Below are positions 16,408-26,057 of a DNA stretch of 32,000 bases, piece after piece; within the stretch, counting starts at the first letter, position 1, and every line of letters starts with the position of its first letter. The stretch covers positions 1,290,001 through 1,322,000 of the forward strand of contig NZ_CP010904.1 in the NCBI RefSeq assembly GCF_001017655.1, in the 5' to 3' direction. The stretch is from Kiritimatiella glycovorans. GTDB taxonomy: Bacteria; Verrucomicrobiota; Kiritimatiellia; Kiritimatiellales; Kiritimatiellaceae. Below the pieces are notes generated by a model, which did no database searches, was not told the DNA's origin, and saw only the letters and a list, made by a program, of their open reading frames with translations. The translations under genes were made by a program, and so were the position numbers.

Positions 16408-19311
16408 ATGACGCATCCCGCTTTCGACATCGTACGTGAGGAGGACATACCGGAGGTCTGCGGACGGATCCGGCTTCTGCGCCACCGCTCCACCGGCGCG
16501 GAAGTAATGTCCGTGGAAAACGACGACGAGAACAAGGTGTTCGGGATCACCTTCCGCACTCCACCTTTCGACTCCACCGGCGTCGCCCATATCCTGGAGC
16601 ACACGGTGTTGTGCGGCTCGCGCCGCTATCCGCTCAAAGACCCCTTCGTACAGCTGCTCAAGGGGTCGCACTATACCTTTCTCAATGCCATGACCTATCC
16701 CGACAAGACCTGCTACCCGGTCGCGAGCTGCCACCCCGCGGATTTTTTCAATCTCGCGGAGGTGTACTTCGACGCGGTGTTTCACCCCCGGCTGGCGCCC
16801 GAATTCTTCCGCCAGGAGGGCTGGCACTGTCATTTGCCCGACCCGGACGGGGAACTTACGATCAGCGGGGTGGTGTACAACGAAATGAAAGGCGTGTACT
16901 CCTCGCCCGACGACCTGCTGGAGACGCGTTCGATTCAGTCGCTCTTCCCCGACACGCCCTACGGCGTGGATTCGGGCGGGCATCCCGCCACGATCCCGGA
17001 CCTGAGCTACGAGTCCTTCAAGGCGTTCCACCAGACGTATTATCATCCGTCCAACGCGCGCATTTTCTTCTACGGGAACGATGACGCCGGACACCGCCTC
17101 GAATGGCTCGACGCCCGCCTGCAGGATTTCGGCCGGCGGGAGGTGGATTCCGCCGTGCCCATGCAGCCCCCGCTTCCCGAACCCGTCGAGTGGAGCGAGA
17201 CGTACGAGGCCTCGAGCCCGGACGCCCGCCCCTGGTTCACGCGAAACTGGCTGCTGGACGCCCCGCTCGATCCGGAGAGCTATTTCACGTGGCGCGTCCT
17301 CGACGAGGTCCTGCTGGGTACGCCTGCCTCGCCGCTGCGCAAAGCCCTGATCGAGTCGGGCTACGGAGAGGATCTGACGGGCGGCGGGCTGGAGTCGCAG
17401 CTCCGGCAGATGGTCTTTTCCGCAGGGCTGAAGAACGTGGCGCCGGTGAACCTCGACGCCGCCGCGAGCCTGATCGACGACACCCTCACGGATTTGGCGG
17501 AGCGCGGTCTGCCTTCCGATCTCGTGGAGAGCGCGCTGAATACGATCCGGTTCGCGCTGCGCGAAAACAATACGGGCGGCGCCCCGCGGGGGCTGGCGGT
17601 GATGCTCCGCTCCATGAAGACCTGGCTCTACGATGGCGACCCGCTCTCGCTGGTGGCCCACGAAGCCCCCTTCGAAACGGTCGCGGCCCGCGCGGCGGAA
17701 CCCGGATACCTGGAGGGGGTTATCCGCGAAGGGCTGATCGAAAACCCCAACCGGTCCCGCGTAATCCTGCGTCCCGATCCCGACCACGGAACCCGGATGC
17801 GGGAGGCGGAACAGGCGCGCATCGACCGGATCGCCGAGTCGCTCACCGAGTCGGAGCGCGAGCGCATCACTGAAGAGACGCGGGAGCTTCACCGCCTGCA
17901 GTCGGAGCCGGATCGACCGGAGGACCTGGCCCGGATACCGCGCCTCCGCCGCGCCGACATGAAGCCCGGGATCAAACCCTGTCCCCGGACCGTGGAACGC
18001 GCCGGGGACGGACTCCGGCTTACGCACGAGCGGCCCTGCGCGGGCATCGTCTACTTCGATCTCGGTTTCGATCTCGGCGACCTGCCCGCCCGGCTCCTGC
18101 CCTGGATGGGCGTGTACACCGCCGCGCTGCTCGAAATGGGGACGACCCGGCGTGATTATGTCGAGCTTTCGCGCCGCATCGCCCGCGATACGGGCGGACT
18201 GCATCCGGTCACACACACCGGCGCGGTCTTCGGCGAAAACCGCGCGGCGACCCATTTCTTCCTGCGGGGTAAATGTCTGCGCGAAAAGACCGCGGCCATG
18301 ACGGGATTGATGGGCGAGGTGCTGACCGAGCCCGACTTCACGAACCGGGACCGCTTTCTGCAGATCGTGCTGGAGCATCGCGCCTCGCTGGAGAGCGCGC
18401 TGATCCCGAACGGACACGGCATCGCCATTCAGCGGGCCCGCGCGCACCTCCATCCGGCTCACCGCCGGGCGGACCTGCTCGGAGGAGTCGAAACCCTGTT
18501 TTTCCTGAGAGACCTCGAATCGCGGGTGCGGACGGACTGGGACCGCGTCCTCGCCGATCTGCAGGATCTCCACCGCCGGGTCGTGCGGCGAAACGCCGTC
18601 GTGGCCCACCTCACCTGCGACGGCGAAGACCGCGCGGAGGCGCGCCGTGCGGCGGATCGGCTCGTGGACGGCCTGGAATCGGCTAGCCCCTGTCCGCAGG
18701 AGGAGGAAGATCTCCCCGCCTGTACGGGGGCCGGCGAGGCGCTGACGCTGCCCTCGGAAGTCAATTACGTGGCGCGGGTCCTGCCCCTGACCCCGGCGGG
18801 CTGCAAGGCCCACGGTTCGTCGTCCGTGGTGAGCCGCCTCCTTCAGACCGGCCGGCTGTGGGAGGAACTGCGGATGAAAGGCGGGGCCTACGGAGCCTTG
18901 TGCGGTCTCGATCCGGCCTCGGGGCTGTTCCATTTCGGAAGCTATCGCGACCCGCATATCCGACGCTCACTCGACGTATACCGGGCCACGGCCGAATGGC
19001 TTAAAACCATCGACCTCCCGCAGGAGGACCTCGATCACGCCGTCGTCGGGGCCGTCGGGGCGATGGATCGTTACCGCCTGCCGGACGCCGAAGGATACAA
19101 CGATCTGATCCGCCTGCTCGCGGGCTATACCGATGAACTCCGCCAGCGGCATCGCGACGAGCTTCTGGCCGCCACGGCGGAAGATCTGCGCGCGTTCGGC
19201 GCATCGCTGGAGGCGGCGGAATCCGGCGGCGTCACGGTGGTCGTGGGATCGGAATCGGCGCTGGAGCGTGAAAACGTCGAGGGCCTCTCACGCATCCCGC
19301 TGATGGCTTGA
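16408..19311 (+). CDS. M16-family zinc metallopeptidase, PreP/presequence-protease-like (M16C)
   Basis: Inverted zinc motif in the context GVAHILEHTVLCGSRRYP. Length of 967 aa and the overall layout are typical of PreP-type insulinase homologues. Confidence 0.8.
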   Translation: MTHPAFDIVREEDIPEVCGRIRLLRHRSTGAEVMSVENDDENKVFGITFRTPPFDSTGVAHILEHTVLCGSRRYPLKDPFVQLLKGSHYTFLNAMTYPDKTCYPVASCHPADFFNLAEVYFDAVFHPRLAPEFFRQEGWHCHLPDPDGELTISGVVYNEMKGVYSSPDDLLETRSIQSLFPDTPYGVDSGGHPATIPDLSYESFKAFHQTYYHPSNARIFFYGNDDAGHRLEWLDARLQDFGRREVDSAVPMQPPLPEPVEWSETYEASSPDARPWFTRNWLLDAPLDPESYFTWRVLDEVLLGTPASPLRKALIESGYGEDLTGGGLESQLRQMVFSAGLKNVAPVNLDAAASLIDDTLTDLAERGLPSDLVESALNTIRFALRENNTGGAPRGLAVMLRSMKTWLYDGDPLSLVAHEAPFETVAARAAEPGYLEGVIREGLIENPNRSRVILRPDPDHGTRMREAEQARIDRIAESLTESERERITEETRELHRLQSEPDRPEDLARIPRLRRADMKPGIKPCPRTVERAGDGLRLTHERPCAGIVYFDLGFDLGDLPARLLPWMGVYTAALLEMGTTRRDYVELSRRIARDTGGLHPVTHTGAVFGENRAATHFFLRGKCLREKTAAMTGLMGEVLTEPDFTNRDRFLQIVLEHRASLESALIPNGHGIAIQRARAHLHPAHRRADLLGGVETLFFLRDLESRVRTDWDRVLADLQDLHRRVVRRNAVVAHLTCDGEDRAEARRAADRLVDGLESASPCPQEEEDLPACTGAGEALTLPSEVNYVARVLPLTPAGCKAHGSSSVVSRLLQTGRLWEELRMKGGAYGALCGLDPASGLFHFGSYRDPHIRRSLDVYRATAEWLKTIDLPQEDLDHAVVGAVGAMDRYRLPDAEGYNDLIRLLAGYTDELRQRHRDELLAATAEDLRAFGASLEAAESGGVTVVVGSESALERENVEGLSRIPLMA

Positions 19312-20067
19312 GACCTGAAGCTGCCTCAGTTCCTGCGGACGCAATTCTCTCCATGAGCCTTGCGGAAGCCCGCCCAGCACGAGCGGGCCCAGCTTCACCC
19401 GCTTCAGCCGGTCGATTCTGAGTCCCAGCGCCTTGAACATCCGGCGGATATGCCGGTTGCGCCCTTCTCCGAGAACGATCCTGAGCCGGGTTCCCGGTCC
19501 CGCGCCCCGCTCTCTGCGCACGCGGAGGGCGCGCAGCCTCTCGCCGCCCTCTTCAACGCCCTGCTCCATCCGCTTCATCTGCTCCGCCGTCACGCGATCC
19601 GGAGTGCGGGCGAGATAGGTTTTGTGAAATCCGTAGCGCGGATGCATGAGACGGTGCGCCAGATCGCCGTCGTTGGTCACCAACAGCAACCCTTCGCTCA
19701 TGCAGTCAAGACGACCGACGGGGAACAGACGTCCGGCGTCGGCGGGGAAGAGATCCCGGTACAGCGGACGGCTTTGAGGGTCGTCGTTCGTGCACATGAC
19801 CCCGGGGGGTTTGTTCAGTATATAGACGACTTTAGACTCGCGCCGCACGACCCGGCCGTCCATGCGGATATCGTCCTGAACCGGATCGACTTTGATGCCC
19901 TGCTCGCAAACCGTCTCGCCGTTGACCTGAATCCGGCCCCCGGCGATCATCCGCTCGCAGGCGCGGCGCGATCCGAGGCCGCATTCGGCGAGATATTTCT
20001 GAAGTCTCAGGATTACTCTTCGGGCTTGGTCTTCCTGAGACCGAAGGCGCGGTCGCCCTCTTCCCAC
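19288..20067 (-). CDS. Pseudouridine synthase, RsuA/RluB family
   Basis: S4 domain RLQKYLAECGLGSRR and catalytic PVGRLDCMSEGLLLVTNDG. The only canonical in-frame start upstream of the S4 domain is the GTG at 20067, so the start is uncertain. The 3' end overlaps the convergent peptidase gene by 24 nt. Confidence 0.8.
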   Translation of the reverse strand: MGRGRPRLRSQEDQARRVILRLQKYLAECGLGSRRACERMIAGGRIQVNGETVCEQGIKVDPVQDDIRMDGRVVRRESKVVYILNKPPGVMCTNDDPQSRPLYRDLFPADAGRLFPVGRLDCMSEGLLLVTNDGDLAHRLMHPRYGFHKTYLARTPDRVTAEQMKRMEQGVEEGGERLRALRVRRERGAGPGTRLRIVLGEGRNRHIRRMFKALGLRIDRLKRVKLGPLVLGGLPQGSWRELRPQELRQLQVSSHQRDA

Positions 20068-20168
20068 TCGCCGCGCTTCTTGAGCAGTTTAACCCGCTCG
20101 AACCGCTTGAGCACATTGCGCCGCGTCCTGATCTTGGTCGCCTGTTTGAAACTGGGGTGCATCGACAT
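20013..20168 (-). CDS. Small basic protein (51 aa), resembling the PVC-group small basic protein family
   Basis: Not in the ORF track (too short). ATG at 20168 has a GGGAGG RBS 6 nt upstream. Product is MSMHPSFKQATKIRTRRNVLKRFERVKLLKKRGEWEEGDRAFGLRKTKPEE, with 16 of 51 residues Lys/Arg. From memory, the RNVLxRxER...W.EGD..FGL.K pattern matches a conserved small protein of Planctomycetes/Verrucomicrobia/Chlamydiae. Confidence 0.6.
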   Translation of the reverse strand: MSMHPSFKQATKIRTRRNVLKRFERVKLLKKRGEWEEGDRAFGLRKTKPEE

Positions 20169-20231
20169 CACGGACCTCCCGGTACATTTACTTCAAAAGG
20201 GCTGTTTTTATCCGTTTTCCGGAGGGCGCTG

Positions 20232-20768
20232 TCAATGCAATTCCCGTATCTCTTCGATCGTCCTGCGCTTGAGCGGCGCCGGATCCGAGGCGGCGTACCC
20301 GATCGCGATCAGGAGTTCGAGCCGCCTGCGGGGGCCCAGCCCGAGGGCTTCCCCGGCGGCCTTCCCGTCGAACCACCCGATCCAGCAGCTCGCCAGTCCT
20401 TCCTCCGCGGCCTGCAGCACGAGATGTTCGCAGGCGATCCCGAGATCGAGTACCGAGTACTCGGTCCCCCGTATGCGGCCGCCGAGGCGCGGCAGGATTT
20501 TGCCGCGCCGCCGTTCCACGGCGATGATGACGGGCGCATCCGCGGCGAAGGCGTTCATTTTGTACGCGCCGCGGAAGGCGCCCTGATCGAGGCCCGTCTT
20601 CGCCGGTCCCGGTCCGGCGACATGGAACAGCCAGGGCTGGGCATTGCAGGCGGAGGGGGCCAGCCGCGCCGCCTCGAGGCAGCGGTCCAGCGCTTCAACC
20701 GCGACCGGCGTGTTCTGAAAATTCCGGCAGCTGCGTCTCGCGCGGCACAGATCGAGAAAACTATCCAT
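20232..20768 (-). CDS. Nitroreductase-family protein
   Basis: N-terminal RRSCRNF motif, ARLAPSACNAQPW, and later CWIGWF. Length is typical for the family. Confidence 0.8.
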   Translation of the reverse strand: MDSFLDLCRARRSCRNFQNTPVAVEALDRCLEAARLAPSACNAQPWLFHVAGPGPAKTGLDQGAFRGAYKMNAFAADAPVIIAVERRRGKILPRLGGRIRGTEYSVLDLGIACEHLVLQAAEEGLASCWIGWFDGKAAGEALGLGPRRRLELLIAIGYAASDPAPLKRRTIEEIRELH

Positions 20769-22830
20769 TTCGTCTTCCTTTACGCTTGAGGGTCCGCCCC
20801 GGGTAGCTTTTGCGCGGTTTCCCGCCCTTTTTCGACGGCTTTGTCCCCGGTCCGCCCTCCGAGGCCGTTTTGAGTTCGGCGATCTGATCGCGGAGAATCA
20901 TCGCCCGTTCGTATTCCAGCTTTTCCGCGGCCTCGAACATCTCGCGTTCGAGTTCCCGGACGACCTCCTGCACGTTGTAGGCCTCACCCGTTTCGCGGAC
21001 CACCGAGGCCTCCACCTCCCGGGCTTCTTCGTGCGTGCGCAGGCTCTCGGCGATCTCCTTCCTGATCGCCTGCGGCGTGATGCCGTGCTGCTGATTGTAT
21101 TCCCGCTGCCGGCGGCGGCGGTATTCCGTGATCCGGAGCAGGCGGTCCATCGACCGCGTCGTTCGGTCGGCGTAGAGGATGACCTTCCCGTCGACATGCC
21201 TCGCCGCGCGACCGGCCGTCTGAATCAGCGACGTCTCCGAACGCAGAAAGCCCTCCTTGTCGGCATCGAGAATGGCCACCAGCGAGACCTCCGGCAGGTC
21301 CAGTCCTTCGCGCAGGAGGTTGATCCCGATCAGGCAGTCGAAATCCGCGCGCCGGAGCCCGCGCAGGATCTCGACCCGCTCGATGGCGTCGATCTCGGAG
21401 TGCAGGTATTTGACGCGCAGACCGGTCCCCTCCAGGTATTCGCTCAGGTCCTCCGCCGTTCTTTTGGTCAGCGTGGTGACGAGCACCCGCTCGCCGTCCT
21501 CCGCCCGCGAACGGACCTCTTCCATGAGGTCGTCGATCTGGCCCTCCAGCGGGCGCACCTCGATCGGCGGATCGAGGATTCCGGTCGGCCGGATGACCTG
21601 CTCCACGGACGTGCCGCTCTTTTCCAGTTCGAACGGGCCGGGAGTCGCGGAGGTGTAGATCGTCGGGCCCGTGACGTCCAGAAACTCGCTGAAATCGAGC
21701 GGACGGTTATCGAGCGCCGACGGCAGGCGGAATCCATGCTCGACCAGCGTCTCCTTGCGCGCGCGGTCCCCGTTGAACATGGCGCGGATCTGCGGGACGG
21801 TCACATGCGACTCGTCGATCACCGTCAGGAAGTCGCCGGGAATGTAGTCGAGCAGACAGGCCGGGCGCTCGCCGGGCCGGCGCCCGGACAGGTGGCGCGA
21901 ATAGTTCTCGATGCCGGAGCAGTAGCCGAGTTCCCTGAGCATCTCCATGTCGTACTCCGTCCGCATCCGGATCCGCTGCGCCTCGAGCAGTTTATTGCGC
22001 GACTCGAAATTCTGCACCTGCTCCTCCATCTCGGCCATGATCGCCCCGATGGCGCGCTCGACCTTGGGATACGGCATGACGAAATGCCGCGCCGGCGAGA
22101 CGGTGACCCGTTCGAGTTCGGCCTCGGTGTTTCCGGTGAGCGGATCGATGCGGCGGATGCGCTCGACTTCGTCGCCGAAGAAGTCGAGCCGCACGCCGTA
22201 TTTCGCGTAGGAGGGGAAGATATCGAGGGTATCGCCGCGCGCGCGGAACGTTCCCGGGCGCGGATCCACGTCATTGCGCTCGTACTGAATTTCAACCAGT
22301 TTCTCGAGCACCCGGTCGCGGTCGGTCTCTTCCCCCCGCCGCACGCTGACCGTCATTTCCTTGTAGTCCTCCGGGGAACCCAACCCGTAGATACAGGAGA
22401 CCGAGGCGACGATGATCACGTCTTCCCGATTCAGGAGCGCATCGGTGGCCGAGAGGCGGAGGCGTTCGATCTCCTCGTTGATGGAGGCATCCTTTTCGAT
22501 GAACGTATCGGTCTGCGGAATGTACGCCTCCGGCTGATAGTAGTCGTAGTAACTGATAAAGTACTCCACGGCATTTTCGGGAAAGAACTGTTTCAGTTCC
22601 GCGTAGAGCTGGGCGGCGAGCGTCTTGTTGTGCGAGATCACCAGCGCGGGCCGCCCCCGGCGCGCGATCACGTTGGCGACGGTGAACGTCTTGCCCGATC
22701 CCGTCACCCCTTCCAGCGTCTGGAAGCGTTTTCCTTCGTCCAGTCCGCGCGACAGCGCGTCGATCGCCGCCGGCTGATCGCCGGTGGGACCGTATTCCGA
22801 GCGCAGTTGAAACGGGCTGTCCGGATTCAT
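20761..22830 (-). CDS. uvrB: Excinuclease ABC subunit B
   Basis: Start set to the ATG at 22830 (MNPDSPFQLRSEYGPTGDQPAAIDAL), overlapping the upstream stop (ATGA). Walker A GVTGSGKTF, DESH box, helicase motifs, and a C-terminal UVR domain (YERAMILRDQIAELK) followed by a short basic tail. Confidence 0.95.
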   Translation of the reverse strand: MNPDSPFQLRSEYGPTGDQPAAIDALSRGLDEGKRFQTLEGVTGSGKTFTVANVIARRGRPALVISHNKTLAAQLYAELKQFFPENAVEYFISYYDYYQPEAYIPQTDTFIEKDASINEEIERLRLSATDALLNREDVIIVASVSCIYGLGSPEDYKEMTVSVRRGEETDRDRVLEKLVEIQYERNDVDPRPGTFRARGDTLDIFPSYAKYGVRLDFFGDEVERIRRIDPLTGNTEAELERVTVSPARHFVMPYPKVERAIGAIMAEMEEQVQNFESRNKLLEAQRIRMRTEYDMEMLRELGYCSGIENYSRHLSGRRPGERPACLLDYIPGDFLTVIDESHVTVPQIRAMFNGDRARKETLVEHGFRLPSALDNRPLDFSEFLDVTGPTIYTSATPGPFELEKSGTSVEQVIRPTGILDPPIEVRPLEGQIDDLMEEVRSRAEDGERVLVTTLTKRTAEDLSEYLEGTGLRVKYLHSEIDAIERVEILRGLRRADFDCLIGINLLREGLDLPEVSLVAILDADKEGFLRSETSLIQTAGRAARHVDGKVILYADRTTRSMDRLLRITEYRRRRQREYNQQHGITPQAIRKEIAESLRTHEEAREVEASVVRETGEAYNVQEVVRELEREMFEAAEKLEYERAMILRDQIAELKTASEGGPGTKPSKKGGKPRKSYPGRTLKRKGRRNG

Positions 22831-23603
22831 GGCGACCTGACTTTTTCGTAAGCTTCCCAGAAGGCCGCCCCCGCTTTCCAGAGAAGATCGTTGTGGCCGG
22901 CGTCCTCGACCCACAGGTGGTATTTCGGTTCCGGCGCCGCGCGGAAGAGATCTTTTCCGTTCCAGGGCGGGAGCGTGTGGTCCTGCATGCCGTGTATGAC
23001 CAGCACCGGGCCGCGTACCTTCCGAATTCGCTCCAGATTCGGATAGCGGTCGAAGGGCAGTAGTTTAATCCGGGTGTGTACGCGGGCGATACTGGTGAAC
23101 GCGCTCTCCAGGACGAGCGCGCGGTACGCTTCGCGCACGGCGAGGTGCAGCGTGGGGCCGGACCCCACGGAACGGCCGTGCAGGATGATACGGGACGGTT
23201 CGATGCCGAGGGTTTCCGTCATGCAGGCATAGGCCGCCCCGATCGCGGCGCAGGTGCTCTTTTCCGTCGGCGTCCCGGAACTCAGCCCGAAGCCGGGATA
23301 ATCATAAGCGAACACACCGTAGCCGTGCTCCACGAAACGGGAGAGGACCGGCTCCAGCGTACCGAGGTCTTCCCCGTTGCCGTGGCTGTACAGCACGACG
23401 GGAGCCTCCGGGCCGGCCGGGCAGTAGCGCGCCACCACCGTGTCCCCCGTACGGGTGTGCAGCCGTATCAGGCCTTCGCCGTCGGAATAAGTGCGCGGTC
23501 GCAGGGGGAAGATCATCCGCTCCGACACCAGCCAGAGCAGCGCCGCCAGCAGAAGATAGCCGCAGCCGATCCTGATTCCTGTCCTCAGCACCGTCGTCAT
23601 CAT
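22827..23603 (-). CDS. Alpha/beta hydrolase with N-terminal membrane anchor
   Basis: Start set to the ATG at 23603 (MMTTVL...). TM segment, nucleophile elbow HGRSVGSG, later VIHGMQD and AGHND (putative Asp/His of the triad). Confidence 0.7.
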   Translation of the reverse strand: MMTTVLRTGIRIGCGYLLLAALLWLVSERMIFPLRPRTYSDGEGLIRLHTRTGDTVVARYCPAGPEAPVVLYSHGNGEDLGTLEPVLSRFVEHGYGVFAYDYPGFGLSSGTPTEKSTCAAIGAAYACMTETLGIEPSRIILHGRSVGSGPTLHLAVREAYRALVLESAFTSIARVHTRIKLLPFDRYPNLERIRKVRGPVLVIHGMQDHTLPPWNGKDLFRAAPEPKYHLWVEDAGHNDLLWKAGAAFWEAYEKVRSP

Positions 23604-23625
23604 GAAATTCGCACCCTCCGGTCGT

Positions 23626-24966
23626 TCATACGATCTCTCCCCGGCCCCGGGGCGCCCGCCAGTAATCCGCCATCCGTTCGATATCCCCCGCACCGATGAT
23701 CAGGACGGTGTCTCCCGGCTGCGCCTCGGCATCGATTTCCCGTGCGGCGGTTTCCGGGTCGTCCGCCTCCCTCAGCCGCTTCGCCGCGAAGTCCGCCGGA
23801 AAGGAGGCGGCCAGATCGCGGCTCCGGCCGCCCGGCAGCGGGGATTCGAAGGCGGGGTATACCGGCAGCAGCCACAGCCGATCCACGCCGGCAAGCGCGG
23901 GAGGAAACGCCTCGCGCAGATTTCTGGTGCGCGTGTAGCGGTGCGGCTGAAACGCCGCCAGGATACGGCCGCGGCCCTCTTCCCGGGCCAGCTCGATCAG
24001 CGCGCGGATCTCCGTGGGATGATGCGCGTAATCCGCGACGACGCGGACCCCGCCGGATTCGCTGATCCGTTCGTAGCGGCGTTTCGGCAGCGAAGCCGAT
24101 TCGAGTCCGCGGCGTATGGCCGCTTCCGGGACGCCGAGATAGCGGGCGGCGAGGGCCGCCGCGGCCGCATTGCGCCGGTTGTGGCGCCCGGGGAGCCGGG
24201 CGAGCGGCCACGCCGCCAGGTCGCGCTCGTGATAAGGCTTCGCGCATGCGATACCGGCACACAGCCCGCGCGCACCGGGATCGTCCCCGTAATAGAAGAC
24301 CGGGCCGGAGGTCTGGTCGATCAGCCGCCTGAAACATTCGACGAATGCGTCTTCGTCCGCGTGATGCTCCATATGATCGGGTTCGATCGAGGTGACGATG
24401 GCCACGTCCGGCTCGTAGAGCGCCACGGTACCGTCGCTCTCGTCGGCCTCCAGCACGACCGGATCACCGTCGCGCCCCGCGTCGGCGCGGTCGGGCAGAT
24501 CGCCGCCCACGGCGTATCCGCAGCCGATCCCCGCCGTCTCCATGACCCGGACGAGCAGAGCGGTCGTGGTCGTCTTGCCGTGGCTGCCCGCCACCGCGAC
24601 CCCCGTCCGGCTCTCGAACGCGCCCGGAAGCGCCTCGCCCCTCCGCAACACGGGGATGCCCCGTTCCATCGCGGCGCGGATCTCCGGCTCGCTCGCGCTG
24701 ACCGCCGCACTCCGCACCACGGCGTCCGGGTTCAGATCGCGGATATGACCGGGATCGTGAGACGCCATAAACGCCATGCCGCGTTCAGCGAGGCGCCGGA
24801 CGCGGTCGTGGTCGTGCAGATCGCATCCGCTCAGGCGGAATCCGCGGTCGAGGAGGATTCCGGCCAGTCCGGCCATGCCCGCACCCCCGCATCCGACCAG
24901 ATGCAGGTGCGCCGGAGCCTTCCTGAAGAGTTCCCGTCCGGGGGACGCTGCACCGCGGGCCTTCAC
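23626..24966 (-). CDS. murC: UDP-N-acetylmuramate--L-alanine ligase
   Basis: Start set to the in-frame GTG at 24966, overlapping the murG stop (GTGA). HLVGCGGAGMAGLAGIL Rossmann N-terminus and the Mur ligase P-loop GSHGKTTTTAL. Confidence 0.9.
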   Translation of the reverse strand: MKARGAASPGRELFRKAPAHLHLVGCGGAGMAGLAGILLDRGFRLSGCDLHDHDRVRRLAERGMAFMASHDPGHIRDLNPDAVVRSAAVSASEPEIRAAMERGIPVLRRGEALPGAFESRTGVAVAGSHGKTTTTALLVRVMETAGIGCGYAVGGDLPDRADAGRDGDPVVLEADESDGTVALYEPDVAIVTSIEPDHMEHHADEDAFVECFRRLIDQTSGPVFYYGDDPGARGLCAGIACAKPYHERDLAAWPLARLPGRHNRRNAAAAALAARYLGVPEAAIRRGLESASLPKRRYERISESGGVRVVADYAHHPTEIRALIELAREEGRGRILAAFQPHRYTRTRNLREAFPPALAGVDRLWLLPVYPAFESPLPGGRSRDLAASFPADFAAKRLREADDPETAAREIDAEAQPGDTVLIIGAGDIERMADYWRAPRGRGEIV

Positions 24967-26057
24967 GGCTGCGGCCTCCCCGCCTCCTCCACGAGGTCCG
25001 CCAGGGCGGCGGGATCGCGGCCGATCCCGCTGCCGCGACTCGCCGCGCTCATGCGCTGCAGGCGTTCGGGCCGTGCAAAGAAACTGAGCAGGTAATCGGC
25101 GAGCCATTCGGGGGTGAGCTGGTCCTGGGCGACGATATCCGCGGCTGCGCGCTTTTCGAGCTGGCGGGCATTGAGGGTCTGATGATCGGCCGTCGCGTGG
25201 GGGTACGGCACGAACAGCGCGGGAATGCCGTAGGCGCTCAGTTCCGCGCAGGTGGAGGCTCCCGCCCGACAGACGGCCAGGTGGGTCATCCGGTAGAGGG
25301 CATCCATATCTCCGCAGAAAGCCCGCGTATCGTGCTCGACCCCCGCCTCCCCGTAACGCGCCGCGGTCCCGTCGCGGTCCTCGTCGCCGGCGAGATGGGT
25401 CACGCAGACACGGTGCCCCCGGCTCTGCACCCGGGCCAGGGCGTGCGGCAGGGTTTCATTGAGCGCATGCGCCCCGCGGCTGCCGCCCATCACCAGCAGC
25501 CGGAGCACGCCCTCGAACGCCGGCGGTTCCGTGCGCCCGGGGTTCAGCCCGCGGCGGAGCGGCATGCCGGTATGAACGACGCGTCTTCCGCGGAGGTAGT
25601 GACGGGTTTCCTCGAACGTCACCCCCACGCATGCCGCCGTGCGCGCGAAGAGTGCGTTGGCTCTTCCGGGGAGGACATTCGCCTCGTGAAGCACGATCGG
25701 GACGCCGAGCATCCGCGCAGCGGCAAGCGGTCCGACGGAGGCGTAACTGCCCATGGCGAGCACGACGTCGGGCCGGTCTTTTTTCATCCGTCCGCGGCCG
25801 CGCGCCACCGCTCCGGCCAGGCGCGCGACGGTCAGCAGCGAACGCGGATGCCATCCGAACTGGAATCCCTCGGACGGCACATCGATCACCGCTCCGTCCC
25901 ATTCCGCCGCCGCCTCGCGTTCGCGCGCCTTGCCTGTGAGCCAGAGCGTCACGCGGTGACCGCGCGCCTTCAGTTCTGCGGCCGTCGCGAGTCCCGGACA
26001 GAGGTGCCCGCCTGTACCCCCGCAGGCCACCGCGATATGGAGCCGGGGTTCGCTCAT
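24963..26057 (-). CDS. murG: UDP-N-acetylglucosamine--N-acetylmuramyl-(pentapeptide) pyrophosphoryl-undecaprenol GlcNAc transferase
   Basis: Start set to the ATG at 26057, overlapping the folC stop (ATGA). N-terminal ACGGTGGHLCPGLA motif and GT28 layout. Confidence 0.9.
   Translation of the reverse strand: MSEPRLHIAVACGGTGGHLCPGLATAAELKARGHRVTLWLTGKAREREAAAEWDGAVIDVPSEGFQFGWHPRSLLTVARLAGAVARGRGRMKKDRPDVVLAMGSYASVGPLAAARMLGVPIVLHEANVLPGRANALFARTAACVGVTFEETRHYLRGRRVVHTGMPLRRGLNPGRTEPPAFEGVLRLLVMGGSRGAHALNETLPHALARVQSRGHRVCVTHLAGDEDRDGTAARYGEAGVEHDTRAFCGDMDALYRMTHLAVCRAGASTCAELSAYGIPALFVPYPHATADHQTLNARQLEKRAAADIVAQDQLTPEWLADYLLSFFARPERLQRMSAASRGSGIGRDPAALADLVEEAGRPQP

Noticed and set aside
16375-18957. 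An 860-aa minus-strand ORF and similar long ORFs: 792-2381 (-), 7498-8982 (-), 9249-10349 (-), 10978-12036 (-), 11964-13742 (-), 14600-16261 (+), 21031-22851 (+), 23602-25095 (+), 26063-27382 (+).
   Set aside because: Each lies antisense or out of frame to a gene with clear family motifs. They have Arg/Ala/Gly/Pro-rich, low-information composition and no recognisable domains. Long stop-free shadow frames are expected in high-GC DNA.
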